Shown one piece after another: positions 7,542-16,709 of a stretch of 62,431 nt of DNA (the stretch's first letter is position 1; each line of letters begins with the position of its first letter). The stretch lies in NCBI GenBank assembly GCA_039797705.1, contig JBDKHK010000035.1, positions 1 through 62,431 on the forward strand, written 5' to 3'. Source of the stretch: Bacteroidota bacterium (GTDB lineage: Bacteria; Bacteroidota; Bacteroidia; Chitinophagales; JADIYW01). The notes under the pieces were generated by a model. The model was not told where the DNA came from and searched no databases. It was given only the letters and a program-made list of their open reading frames with translations. Both the position numbers and the translations under genes were made by a program.

Positions 7542-9422
7542 ATGAAATTTTTTTACAACAATAGTTTTCATGTTATTTCCAAAAATTCTGTTGGAGGTAA
7601 AATTGCATTATTACTTTTCATTTTTCATTTTTCATTTTTAACAATCTATGCCCAACGTTTTACGGCAACCGCAGAAACCAATCAAGTACCGCAAAACTAT
7701 TCTTTTGAAATTACCTATGCTGTTGAAAACGGAAATTTACAAAAATTTACACCACCCAATTTTGATGGATTTGAGGTAGGCGGTCCGGCGCAAAGTACTA
7801 ATGTTTCTATTATCAATGGGCGAGTGTCTAAGTCTGTTTCATATACTTACACCTTGCAACCACGCAAACAAGGCGACTTTATTATTGGGCCTGCTACCGC
7901 TGTTATCAATGGAAATGAAATGAAGTCGAATTCCATTTCTATTAAAGTAACCGCACCAGAAAAAAGGCAACAACAGCAATCTCAGCAAAACAATGACCCA
8001 TTCGATTATTTTCGAGATCGGCAACGCTCACAAGTAAGCGAAGACAATATTCGGGATATGGTGAAAAAAAACATGTTTGTTCGTGTTATTCCAAGCAAAA
8101 ATTCGCTTTATCAAGGCGATCAACTTTCACTTTCATACAAACTATATTTTCGAATTCAATACCAATCTCTGCAAGCAGTAAAAAACCCAAGCTATAATGG
8201 CTTTTTGAGTGAAGAATTCAAATTGCCCGAACTAAAACCCAATGCAGAACCACCGATTGAAGTGTACGAAGGGAAGAAATATTACACCATGGAATTCAAA
8301 CACGTTTCTTTATTTCCTACCAAATCAGGAAAGATTGCTATTGAACCAATAGAATTGCAAGGCTCCGTTTTAGTCGAAGTACCCGATCCAGATTTTGGTG
8401 GATTTTTCAGCACCCTACAACCGTATGATTATTCCTTTAAAAGCAATGCTATTGAATTGGATGTAAAACCATTACCAGAAAAAAACAAACCTGCTACTTT
8501 TAGTGGTGCTGTCGGAAAGTTTTCTTTTAAAGCAGAATATGATAAAACAAAATGTAGTGTGGGCGATCCCATCAACTTGAAACTAACCTATAATGGAACG
8601 GGGAATTTGAAATTAATTACGCCGCCCAAATTAATTTTTCCAGAAGAATTTGAAGCGTATGAACCCAAAACAAAAGATGATTATACGAATAATGGCAGTG
8701 TAGTTACAGGCTCTAAATCATTTCAATATACTTTAATTCCGCAAGATGGAGGTATCTATAAATTGCCTAAATATGAGTTTGCCTATTTTGATGTGGACAA
8801 AGGAGATTATGTGAAATTTACACTTCCAGAAACAACAATAGAAGTAAGTGGAAAAGCAAAAATCAGTCAAAATGTTATCAGTTTTTTCAAGAGAGAAAAA
8901 GAAGACAAGCCTAAAAGTATTTATGGCATCCAAACACAATATGCAAGCAATACTACTTTTGTAGGTAGCAATGGATTTTGGGCGCTGACAGCCGCACCTT
9001 TAATACTCCTTTTAATTGGTTTTCTTTTTAGAAGAAGAGAATATTCCGATGGCGAATTATTGTCGATGCGCAGAAAGAAAGCCAATAAAATTGCCTTGCG
9101 AAGAATGGCAACTGCCAAAAAATTATTGCAACAAAAAAATGAAAATGGATTTTATAATGAAATAATTCGGGCACTTTGGGAATATTTATCCGATAAATTA
9201 CTTATCCCTCCGAGTGAATTATCTAAAGACAATATTGCAGAGAAACTAAAAGCAAGGAATGTTTCGGTAGATAAAATAGAAGCACTTACGCATACATTAG
9301 ATACTTGCGAGCAATCTTTATTCTCCCCAATCGGAAAAGAAGATGCGATGCAGGAAACGTATAAAAAATCTATAGAATTAGTGATGGATTTTGAGGAACA
9401 ATTAAAACAGCAAACCACATGA
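7542..9422 (+). CDS. batD: BatD (oxygen-tolerance) protein
   Basis: 626 aa with a signal sequence and repeated beta-rich extracytoplasmic modules. A TM helix lies near FWALTAAPLILLLIGFLF and is followed by RRRE and a helical tail. An ATGA overlap joins it to batE. Confidence 0.75.
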   Translation: MKFFYNNSFHVISKNSVGGKIALLLFIFHFSFLTIYAQRFTATAETNQVPQNYSFEITYAVENGNLQKFTPPNFDGFEVGGPAQSTNVSIINGRVSKSVSYTYTLQPRKQGDFIIGPATAVINGNEMKSNSISIKVTAPEKRQQQQSQQNNDPFDYFRDRQRSQVSEDNIRDMVKKNMFVRVIPSKNSLYQGDQLSLSYKLYFRIQYQSLQAVKNPSYNGFLSEEFKLPELKPNAEPPIEVYEGKKYYTMEFKHVSLFPTKSGKIAIEPIELQGSVLVEVPDPDFGGFFSTLQPYDYSFKSNAIELDVKPLPEKNKPATFSGAVGKFSFKAEYDKTKCSVGDPINLKLTYNGTGNLKLITPPKLIFPEEFEAYEPKTKDDYTNNGSVVTGSKSFQYTLIPQDGGIYKLPKYEFAYFDVDKGDYVKFTLPETTIEVSGKAKISQNVISFFKREKEDKPKSIYGIQTQYASNTTFVGSNGFWALTAAPLILLLIGFLFRRREYSDGELLSMRRKKANKIALRRMATAKKLLQQKNENGFYNEIIRALWEYLSDKLLIPPSELSKDNIAEKLKARNVSVDKIEALTHTLDTCEQSLFSPIGKEDAMQETYKKSIELVMDFEEQLKQQTT

Positions 9423-10174
9423 AAACTATAGGACAAAAATGGATACTGTTTTTTGTGAGTTGCTTGTTTTTTATAGCAATGCAAGCACAAGACGTGAAAA
9501 CAATATTCCAAACAGCAAATACGTATTACAAAAATAAACAGTACGAAGAAGCCGAAAAAATGTATGCATTGTTATTGCAAAAAGAAAAAGGAAATGTCAA
9601 CGTTTTTTACAATTTAGGAAATACATATTTTCATTTGAATGATTTTCCAAAAGCAGTTTTATATTATGAGAAAGCATTAAAAATGCAACCAGACAATCAA
9701 CATATCTTGCACAACATAAAAGAAACCAATAATAAATTGTTTTCCAAAATGGAATTCAGCAAAGAGTTTTTTGTAACAAAGCAATTGAAAAATGTGGTGC
9801 AGTCTAAATCTGCTAATAAATGGAGTGTTTATATGTTGATTGCTTTATGGTTGGGCGTTATTGCTATCTGTATTCATTTTTTCTTTGGCAGAAAAAATAT
9901 ATTTCAATTTGGATTGCTTTCCTTAATTATTGCTGCAGTTTTTGCATGGCTCACATATCATACTTATTCGATAGAGCACCAACAAGACTATGCTATTATT
10001 TTACAGAAAAATGCCTTTATAAAAAGTGCGCCGGTAGAAAGTTTGAATAAAGCAGACTCCATTCAAACAGGGCTGAAAGTTCAAATCCTCGATTCCGATA
10101 AAAGCTGGTTGAAAGTAAAACTACCCAACGATAAAACGGGTTGGATAGAAAAAAAATCTCTTGGACTTATTTAA
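9419..10174 (+). CDS. batE: BatE (TPR + TM + C-terminal SH3-like domain)
   Basis: TPR repeats (YYKNKQYEEAEKMY..., FYNLGNTYFHLNDFPKAVLYYEKALKMQPDN), TM helices, and an SH3-like end (KSWLKVKLPNDKTGWIEKKSL). Confidence 0.7.
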   Translation: MKTIGQKWILFFVSCLFFIAMQAQDVKTIFQTANTYYKNKQYEEAEKMYALLLQKEKGNVNVFYNLGNTYFHLNDFPKAVLYYEKALKMQPDNQHILHNIKETNNKLFSKMEFSKEFFVTKQLKNVVQSKSANKWSVYMLIALWLGVIAICIHFFFGRKNIFQFGLLSLIIAAVFAWLTYHTYSIEHQQDYAIILQKNAFIKSAPVESLNKADSIQTGLKVQILDSDKSWLKVKLPNDKTGWIEKKSLGLI

Positions 10175-10234
10175 AAATTATTGCTATTCTCCCGATAGTA
10201 GAATCTCAAAATGGCGAAAATTTTATAAATAGAA

Positions 10235-10924
10235 TTAAAATGTAACACCTATCGTTATTGGTACATAATGCTTAATTGTAATTTCAGGTGTATTGGCATA
10301 CGTAGAAATAATATTTCCAGTATTGCTTAAATTCTGCACATCTACTTTGCGTTGTAAATGCTGCATTCGATAGCCAACCCCAAAATGTATCGCTAATTTT
10401 TTTCCAGCAGTAACATATCTCCCACCTATCATAAATTCACCAAATGCACCCGAATAGGTTCCTTTGTTGTAATATTTATTATAATAAGAATCAATATGTA
10501 CAGCACCACCAATCCTTTCGGAGAGAAACAGATTAAAATTCCCACTTAAAAAATATTGTCTCATTTCTATAAAAAAGGGAAAAGTGAAGTAAAAAAACCG
10601 AGTTCCAAAATATTCATTTGGTCTAAAATCCAAACCTACTCCACCACCTATAAAAAAATTAGGATTGATTAATGCACCATGCACCGTTCTAAAACTAACA
10701 GAGGGTTTGTCTATTTTTAAATTTCTTTTTACGGTATTTCCCGGAAATTTTTGAATTAAAGTTCCTGCCACATTTACAGATGTTCCTACTTCATTTATGG
10801 AAGAATATCGAGTAGTCTTCACGTTTTTTATAGAATCTAAGTCGAGTACTATGTCGTCATTATCTTGTGCTTGACTAAAGTATCCAAAAGTTACCGTAAA
10901 TAGAAACAGAAGCAAAAATCTCAT
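10235..10924 (-). CDS. Hypothetical secreted beta-barrel-like protein
   Basis: 229-aa ORF with a signal peptide (MRFLLLFLFTVTFGYFSQAQ). Gly/aromatic-rich strands, and the protein ends ...ITIGVTF. Confidence 0.45.
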   Translation of the reverse strand: MRFLLLFLFTVTFGYFSQAQDNDDIVLDLDSIKNVKTTRYSSINEVGTSVNVAGTLIQKFPGNTVKRNLKIDKPSVSFRTVHGALINPNFFIGGGVGLDFRPNEYFGTRFFYFTFPFFIEMRQYFLSGNFNLFLSERIGGAVHIDSYYNKYYNKGTYSGAFGEFMIGGRYVTAGKKLAIHFGVGYRMQHLQRKVDVQNLSNTGNIISTYANTPEITIKHYVPITIGVTF

Positions 10925-11039
10925 ACAGAATTTTTTATAAAATTACATGGATTTTGGCATATTTTGTTAATAATAACCAACAAGGTGTTCTTATTGTTTT
11001 TATCTATAGAAGCCTTATTTATTTTTCCTAATTTTAACC

Positions 11040-12512
11040 ATGCAAAAATCAAGATGGCTGATGTTGGTTTTTTTCTTTATTTATGTGCAACTATTTGCCC
11101 AAACTTTTGAATATTCATCGAATTGTAAAAATGCTTATCAAGGTATTTATAAATTAAAAATAAACGAAGGTTTGCAATGGATTGAATTGGAAAAGAAAGA
11201 AAATCCTAAAAATCTACTTCCTTATTTTATAGAAAACCATGCAGATTTTATTAAATTATTTATTAATGACAATAGAAGTTTATACGAATCCATTAAGCCT
11301 AAAATAGAAACCCGTTTAGAAAAATTAAAATATGGAGATGAAAAATCACCTTTCTTATTATATACACAAGCAGAAATTCATTTACAATGGGCATTTTGTA
11401 AAATAAAATTTGGAGAATATGTAAGTGCCGCTTTTGAAGTAAAAAAAGCCTATTCGTTATTATTAAACAATCAGAAAAAATTTCCAGATTTTAGCCCAAA
11501 TTTAAAAAGTATTGGTTTGCTCCATACTATATTTGGTGCTATCCCAGACAAATATAAATTTGCAGCAAAATTTTTAGGATTAAAAGGTTCTATCAACCAG
11601 GGAATAGAAGAAATAAATTCCGTTTTGCAAGAACCCTCGTTTCAGTTTAAAGAGGAAACCGTTATTATGTACACTTTGTTATTATTGCATTTGCAAAAAG
11701 ACAAAAAAGCATCTTGGAACATGATAGAAAAAACAAACATTCCATTAGAAGATAATTTACTCAATTATTTTGTGGCGGCAACGGTGGCAGACCACACCGG
11801 AAAGAATGAAGAAATGATTTACCTTCTTTCCAATAAACCAAGTGGCAGTGCTTATTATTCATTTCCCTACCTTGATTTTATGTACGGATATGCTAAATTA
11901 AACCGCTTGGATGTAGATGCCGATATTTATATAAAAAAATTTATTAGCGAAAATAAAGGTCGTTCCTATCAAAAGGAAGCCTATCGCAAACTTGCTTGGT
12001 ATTATTTGGTAAATGGCTATCCAGATTTGTATAAAAAATATATGCAACAAATTTTACAAATCAATGAAGCACCAACAGACGAAGATAAATCTGCACAAAA
12101 AGAAGCACTACAAAATATACTCCCCAATAAAGAATTACTAAAAGCACGCATCTTGAGTGATGGTTCTTATTTTGATAAAGCATTAGTAGTAATGAATAAT
12201 ATCAACCCAGAAAAAATTACGAACAGTAGAGATAAAATTGAGTATTATTACCGAAAAGCAAGAATTTATGATGAATTGAATAGAACCAATGACGCCATAA
12301 AAAACTATATGCTAACCATTGAAAAAGGAATTTATTCTAATTATTATTTTGCAGCTAATGCCTGCCTAAAACTGGCAATTATCTTTGAAGAACAAAATAA
12401 AAAAGCAAGTGCCATTCAATATTATAAAAAAGCCATTGCCTTAGATAAAGATGAATATGCCAATAGTATTGATGCAGAAGCAAAAGCTGGATTAAACAGA
12501 ATAGGCGGTTAG
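11040..12512 (+). CDS. Secreted TPR-like repeat protein, function unknown
   Basis: 490 aa with a signal peptide (MQKSRWLMLVFFFIYVQLFAQ). TPR-like helical repeats lie near the C-terminus (YYYRKARIYDELNRTNDAIKNY..., AIQYYKKAIALDKDE). Confidence 0.5.
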   Translation: MQKSRWLMLVFFFIYVQLFAQTFEYSSNCKNAYQGIYKLKINEGLQWIELEKKENPKNLLPYFIENHADFIKLFINDNRSLYESIKPKIETRLEKLKYGDEKSPFLLYTQAEIHLQWAFCKIKFGEYVSAAFEVKKAYSLLLNNQKKFPDFSPNLKSIGLLHTIFGAIPDKYKFAAKFLGLKGSINQGIEEINSVLQEPSFQFKEETVIMYTLLLLHLQKDKKASWNMIEKTNIPLEDNLLNYFVAATVADHTGKNEEMIYLLSNKPSGSAYYSFPYLDFMYGYAKLNRLDVDADIYIKKFISENKGRSYQKEAYRKLAWYYLVNGYPDLYKKYMQQILQINEAPTDEDKSAQKEALQNILPNKELLKARILSDGSYFDKALVVMNNINPEKITNSRDKIEYYYRKARIYDELNRTNDAIKNYMLTIEKGIYSNYYFAANACLKLAIIFEEQNKKASAIQYYKKAIALDKDEYANSIDAEAKAGLNRIGG

Positions 12513-12552
12513 GATTCTATTAAAATTTGTACCTTGTTTGCCAATTAATTAT

Positions 12553-13572
12553 ATGATAGTTCAGGAAAATATTTCTTTATTGCCCTTCAATACATTTGGT
12601 ATAGAGGTAAATGCAAAATATTTCTGTACTATATCATCAAAGGAAGAATTGCTTGAAACGATTGCAGCGATATCTCCTTCTCTCCATCCACCATTTTTTT
12701 TAGGAAGTGGTAGCAATGTTCTGTTGTGTAAGGATATTGATGGATGCGTTATCAAAAATGAAATTAAAGGAATAGAAATTGTAAATGAAGATAAAGAATG
12801 GGTATGGATAAAAAGTTTTTCGGGTACTATATGGCATGATTTGGTGTTGTATGGAATTGAAAATAATTTTGGAGGAATAGAAAATATGTCGTTGATTCCT
12901 GGAACAGTAGGTGCAGCACCTATTCAAAATATTGGAGCTTATGGCGTGGAATTAAAAGATACTTTTGTCGAGCTGGAAGCAATAGATATATCCACCGGAG
13001 AAACAAAAATTTTCTCCAAAGAAAAATGTCAATTTGGGTATCGAGATAGCATTTTTAAACGAATTGCAAAAGGAAAATATTTCATTTATTCCATAACTTT
13101 AAAATTATCCAAACAGCCTGTAGTGAATATGAGTTATGGCGATATTCATAAAGTATTGTTGCACCAACAAATCACTCAGCCAACCATAAAAGATATTAGC
13201 AACGCCATAATAGAAATACGACAAAGTAAATTGCCTGATCCCAAAATATTGGGAAACGCTGGAAGTTTTTTTAAAAATCCTGAAATATCCAGTGCAGAAT
13301 TGGAAAGATTGCAAGCTGTTTTTTCTGATATACCATATTATAAATTAAACAATGGAAAGGTAAAAATTCCTGCAGGTTGGTTGATAGAACAATGTGGGTG
13401 GAAAGGAAAACAAATTGGGCACACTGGCAACCATGCAAAGCAAGCATTGGTGATTGTAAACTACGGAAATGCAACTGGTAATGAAATTTGGGAACATGCT
13501 CAAAATGTCCAACAATCTATTCAACAGAAATTCGGTATTTTTATAGAAGCAGAAGTAAATATTATAAGGTAG
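12553..13572 (+). CDS. murB: UDP-N-acetylenolpyruvoylglucosamine reductase
   Basis: Strong similarity by eye to E. coli-type MurB: NTFGI, GSGSNVL, LIPGTVGAAPIQNIGAYGVEL, CQFGYRDSIFK, KLPDPKILGNAGSFFKNP, AGWLIEQCGWKG. ATG at 12553 is preferred (the ORF track starts at TTG 12538). Confidence 0.93.
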   Translation: MIVQENISLLPFNTFGIEVNAKYFCTISSKEELLETIAAISPSLHPPFFLGSGSNVLLCKDIDGCVIKNEIKGIEIVNEDKEWVWIKSFSGTIWHDLVLYGIENNFGGIENMSLIPGTVGAAPIQNIGAYGVELKDTFVELEAIDISTGETKIFSKEKCQFGYRDSIFKRIAKGKYFIYSITLKLSKQPVVNMSYGDIHKVLLHQQITQPTIKDISNAIIEIRQSKLPDPKILGNAGSFFKNPEISSAELERLQAVFSDIPYYKLNNGKVKIPAGWLIEQCGWKGKQIGHTGNHAKQALVIVNYGNATGNEIWEHAQNVQQSIQQKFGIFIEAEVNIIR

Positions 13573-13649
13573 GCGGATCAAATATCATTATCAAAAAAGC
13601 AATCAGTTCTTTAGTTTCTTTTTTTTGGCAATGAGTGTAATTTAAATCT

Positions 13650-14798
13650 TTACAACCAAATATTAATGAGTGAGCCAGTATTTTCCTGTGTATTTTTAGA
13701 AAGAATAGCAGTATCATTTGTCCAAACAATCGTTTGCCCATCAGAACCTATATTCCATAAATCTCCACGTAGAAACACATTTACACCATTTTTTATATTG
13801 GCTGTTTTAGCTCGTTTTGTCATAGCATATTTTAACCACGCCATCTGTTCGGTAATTTTTCCAAAATCATTTTTATCCACGTCAGCAGGTGTTTTGCCAC
13901 CTACATATCCATTCCAATAAATATCCCAAGAATTATTACCTGCAACAAATGCCGGAACTGCCAAAATAGCTACTTGCTTTTGCTGTAATGCTGTATAATT
14001 TTCAGGATTCCAAGCATCACCACCAATCAATATTCCTAAATTTCCTGCTATTGTTTTATAAATCGGTAAATCCTTTGATGCTGCATTTGCGGTAAAAGAT
14101 TTTTCAGAGGAAACGGTATATGTCTTTTTTATTAATGGCGAAAGTGCTTTGCCATTTTTATTATATACCACGGAAACATTGAATAATTTTCCGGATGAAT
14201 GAATCGTCAGTATTCCATTTTTTATTTCAGGTTCTGGCAAAACAATTGAGCCAGCAACGATTGTTATTTTAAATTGTTGAGCTAATTTAGAAAATGTATT
14301 TTGATAAATAACACACATGCTATTTGCTTTCATACGAAAAATGGCATCCTTTTGTTTGTCTGTACCTTTGGCACTTAAATACGCATTTCCATAACTCCAT
14401 AAATTGGAAAACACTATGCGTTGCAGGGCATCTGTAATAGAAGTGTCTTTATACATTTCTTTCTTCTCATTGGCAGCCACCAACCAGGTTCCCAAATATT
14501 CGGGCAGTACTACAATCGTGGAATCGTTGAGTAATTTTTTTCGTTGTGCAAAACTTAGGTAATACTCCAACATATTATAAAAAGCTTGCTCCGAAGAAAA
14601 ATCATGCGTGTGTACATAAGGTGAAAGTGCCAACAAATTACCACGTCCATTATCAGTTCCAAAAGATTCTACATCACTCAAAACATAACGCGGATAAATA
14701 TCGTTGATAGAGGTAATTCTATCCTTGCGTGACCAAATAATATAACTCGTAATGATTAAAAACAACAACCCCAAAAAACCATATAGTATCTTCTTCAT
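13650..14798 (-). CDS. Membrane-anchored carbon-nitrogen-hydrolase-like protein (catalytic Cys position is Gly)
   Basis: N-terminal TM anchor. VVLPEYLG (Glu motif) and GNLGILIGGDAWNPE align to the nitrilase-superfamily G..IC.D..FPE motif, with C replaced by G. Family assignment is by motif only. Confidence 0.4.
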   Translation of the reverse strand: MKKILYGFLGLLFLIITSYIIWSRKDRITSINDIYPRYVLSDVESFGTDNGRGNLLALSPYVHTHDFSSEQAFYNMLEYYLSFAQRKKLLNDSTIVVLPEYLGTWLVAANEKKEMYKDTSITDALQRIVFSNLWSYGNAYLSAKGTDKQKDAIFRMKANSMCVIYQNTFSKLAQQFKITIVAGSIVLPEPEIKNGILTIHSSGKLFNVSVVYNKNGKALSPLIKKTYTVSSEKSFTANAASKDLPIYKTIAGNLGILIGGDAWNPENYTALQQKQVAILAVPAFVAGNNSWDIYWNGYVGGKTPADVDKNDFGKITEQMAWLKYAMTKRAKTANIKNGVNVFLRGDLWNIGSDGQTIVWTNDTAILSKNTQENTGSLINIWL

Positions 14799-14843
14799 TC
14801 CTCAAAAATACAAATAAAGACTAAAATTCGTTTTCTTTGTTTA

Positions 14844-16697
14844 ATGAAGTCAAAAACAGCTTTCTTGTTTCTTGTTATACTGTACCTGATTTCTTTCAGT
14901 TATTATAAAAATTATCGTTCTTTTTTGCAAGGTGGAGGCGATGCGTGGGGGTATTATGCCTATCTGCCCGCTGCTTTTACCTACCATGATTTAGATAATT
15001 TACAATCAACCATTTCCAAGCGAGCCACCTACAATCCATCCAGCGTCAGGAAAACAGAAAATGGCTATTTGCAAATTGAAGAAGCACATGCATTTCATCA
15101 ACATACTATTATAAAATACACGTATGGAGTTGCTTTACTCAATGTTCCTTTTTTCTTTTTGGCAGATGTTTTTTGCAAAGTAAGTCAGTTATATGCAGCA
15201 GATGCTTATACGTTGCCCTATAATTTATTGATTGGAATGGGAACACTCTTTTACACTCTTTTAGGATGGTGGTTGATATGGAAAATTATCCGAAGATATT
15301 TTTCAGATGCTATTGCGGCTATTGTATTAATAACAATTGGATTAGGCACAAATCTATATTTTTTCTCCGTTTTAAATTTAGGCATGTCGCATCCCTATTT
15401 ATTTGCATTGTATGCACTTTGTTTGTATGCCACCGATACTTTTTATCGAACCTTGAAATTAAAATATGCAGCGCTTATTGGATTTGCTTGTGGGATGATT
15501 ACAATTATTCGTCCTAATGAAATGATTGTATTGTTGTTTCCTTTGCTGTGGAATGTATTTTCGTGGAACACATTCAAGGATAGAATAAAATTTATATTTT
15601 CCCATACACCTAAGTTTTTATTTGCAGCAATAATATTTATTGTCTGTTTACTTCCTCAATTAATTTATTGGAAATTATTAAGTGGTCAATTTATTTTTTA
15701 TAGTTACACCAATGAAACGTTTGATTTTTTGCATCCACATTTAAAAAATGGTTTATTGGGTTTTGCCAATGGTTGGTTGTCTTACACACCTATTATGTTT
15801 TTTGCCGTTGCAGGATTATTTTTATTACCTAAATATTTCAAACAATCGGCTTTAGCTTCCTATCTGTTTTTACCTGTTTTTATTTATATCATTTACAGCT
15901 GGTGGTGCTGGCAATATATTAATGGTTTTGGCTCCCGCCCGATGATAGATACGTATCCAATTTGGACATTTCCATTTGCTGTATTTTTAGTTTTTATTCA
16001 AAAAAGATTTTATGTAAAAATTTTATCTTTTATAACAATGGCATTCTTTGTTTTTTTAAATTTATTTCAAACTTGGCAATTTAGCGAAGGTTGGATTTGG
16101 ACAGAAGACAGCAATTGGGCATATTATAAAACTATCTTTTTAAAAACCTCCAGTACTTATGAAGCACACGTAACTTATGATTGCGGAGAAACCCAGCCCG
16201 ACACTAACAATCTTAAAAAGACAGGTATTTTAAAAACGCTACTGTTTGATGATACTATTACAACACAACCAAATAATTGGATACGTATAGATGGTAGAAA
16301 TGCCGTAGAAGTTCGCAATGGTTATTCGCCGTCTATTCACTTAACAGTAGGAGCAACGGGTATTGCTCCACAAGATTATATTAAAATTTCTTGTTGGGCA
16401 TATTGTCCGGAATTGGAATACGACCATTATAAACAAGCTATTTTAGTAGCAGAATTTAAACATAATAATAAATCTATACGCTGGCGAAGTGTGCGACTGC
16501 AAACTAAAATCGGAAATAATTCGCACAAAATATTAGAGATTGGAAAAACGCATCAATGGCAAAAAATATGGTTTTTTGTTAAAGTTCCGCATCGTTTTAA
16601 AGAAAAGACAGATGAGCTCAATGTTTTTGTTTGGAACATGAGTTCAACACCAATCCTTATAGATGAATTGCAAGTGGAATGGTGGAAAAAGAAATAG
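14844..16697 (+). CDS. Polytopic integral membrane protein, GT-C-like (possible glycosyltransferase), with a C-terminal soluble domain
   Basis: 617 aa with about 11-13 hydrophobic helices in the first ~430 aa. The first loop carries GGGDAWGYYAYLP. A soluble tail of about 180 aa follows. The function is not established. Confidence 0.4.
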   Translation: MKSKTAFLFLVILYLISFSYYKNYRSFLQGGGDAWGYYAYLPAAFTYHDLDNLQSTISKRATYNPSSVRKTENGYLQIEEAHAFHQHTIIKYTYGVALLNVPFFFLADVFCKVSQLYAADAYTLPYNLLIGMGTLFYTLLGWWLIWKIIRRYFSDAIAAIVLITIGLGTNLYFFSVLNLGMSHPYLFALYALCLYATDTFYRTLKLKYAALIGFACGMITIIRPNEMIVLLFPLLWNVFSWNTFKDRIKFIFSHTPKFLFAAIIFIVCLLPQLIYWKLLSGQFIFYSYTNETFDFLHPHLKNGLLGFANGWLSYTPIMFFAVAGLFLLPKYFKQSALASYLFLPVFIYIIYSWWCWQYINGFGSRPMIDTYPIWTFPFAVFLVFIQKRFYVKILSFITMAFFVFLNLFQTWQFSEGWIWTEDSNWAYYKTIFLKTSSTYEAHVTYDCGETQPDTNNLKKTGILKTLLFDDTITTQPNNWIRIDGRNAVEVRNGYSPSIHLTVGATGIAPQDYIKISCWAYCPELEYDHYKQAILVAEFKHNNKSIRWRSVRLQTKIGNNSHKILEIGKTHQWQKIWFFVKVPHRFKEKTDELNVFVWNMSSTPILIDELQVEWWKKK

Positions 16698-16709
16698 ATT
16701 TTTTATTAT

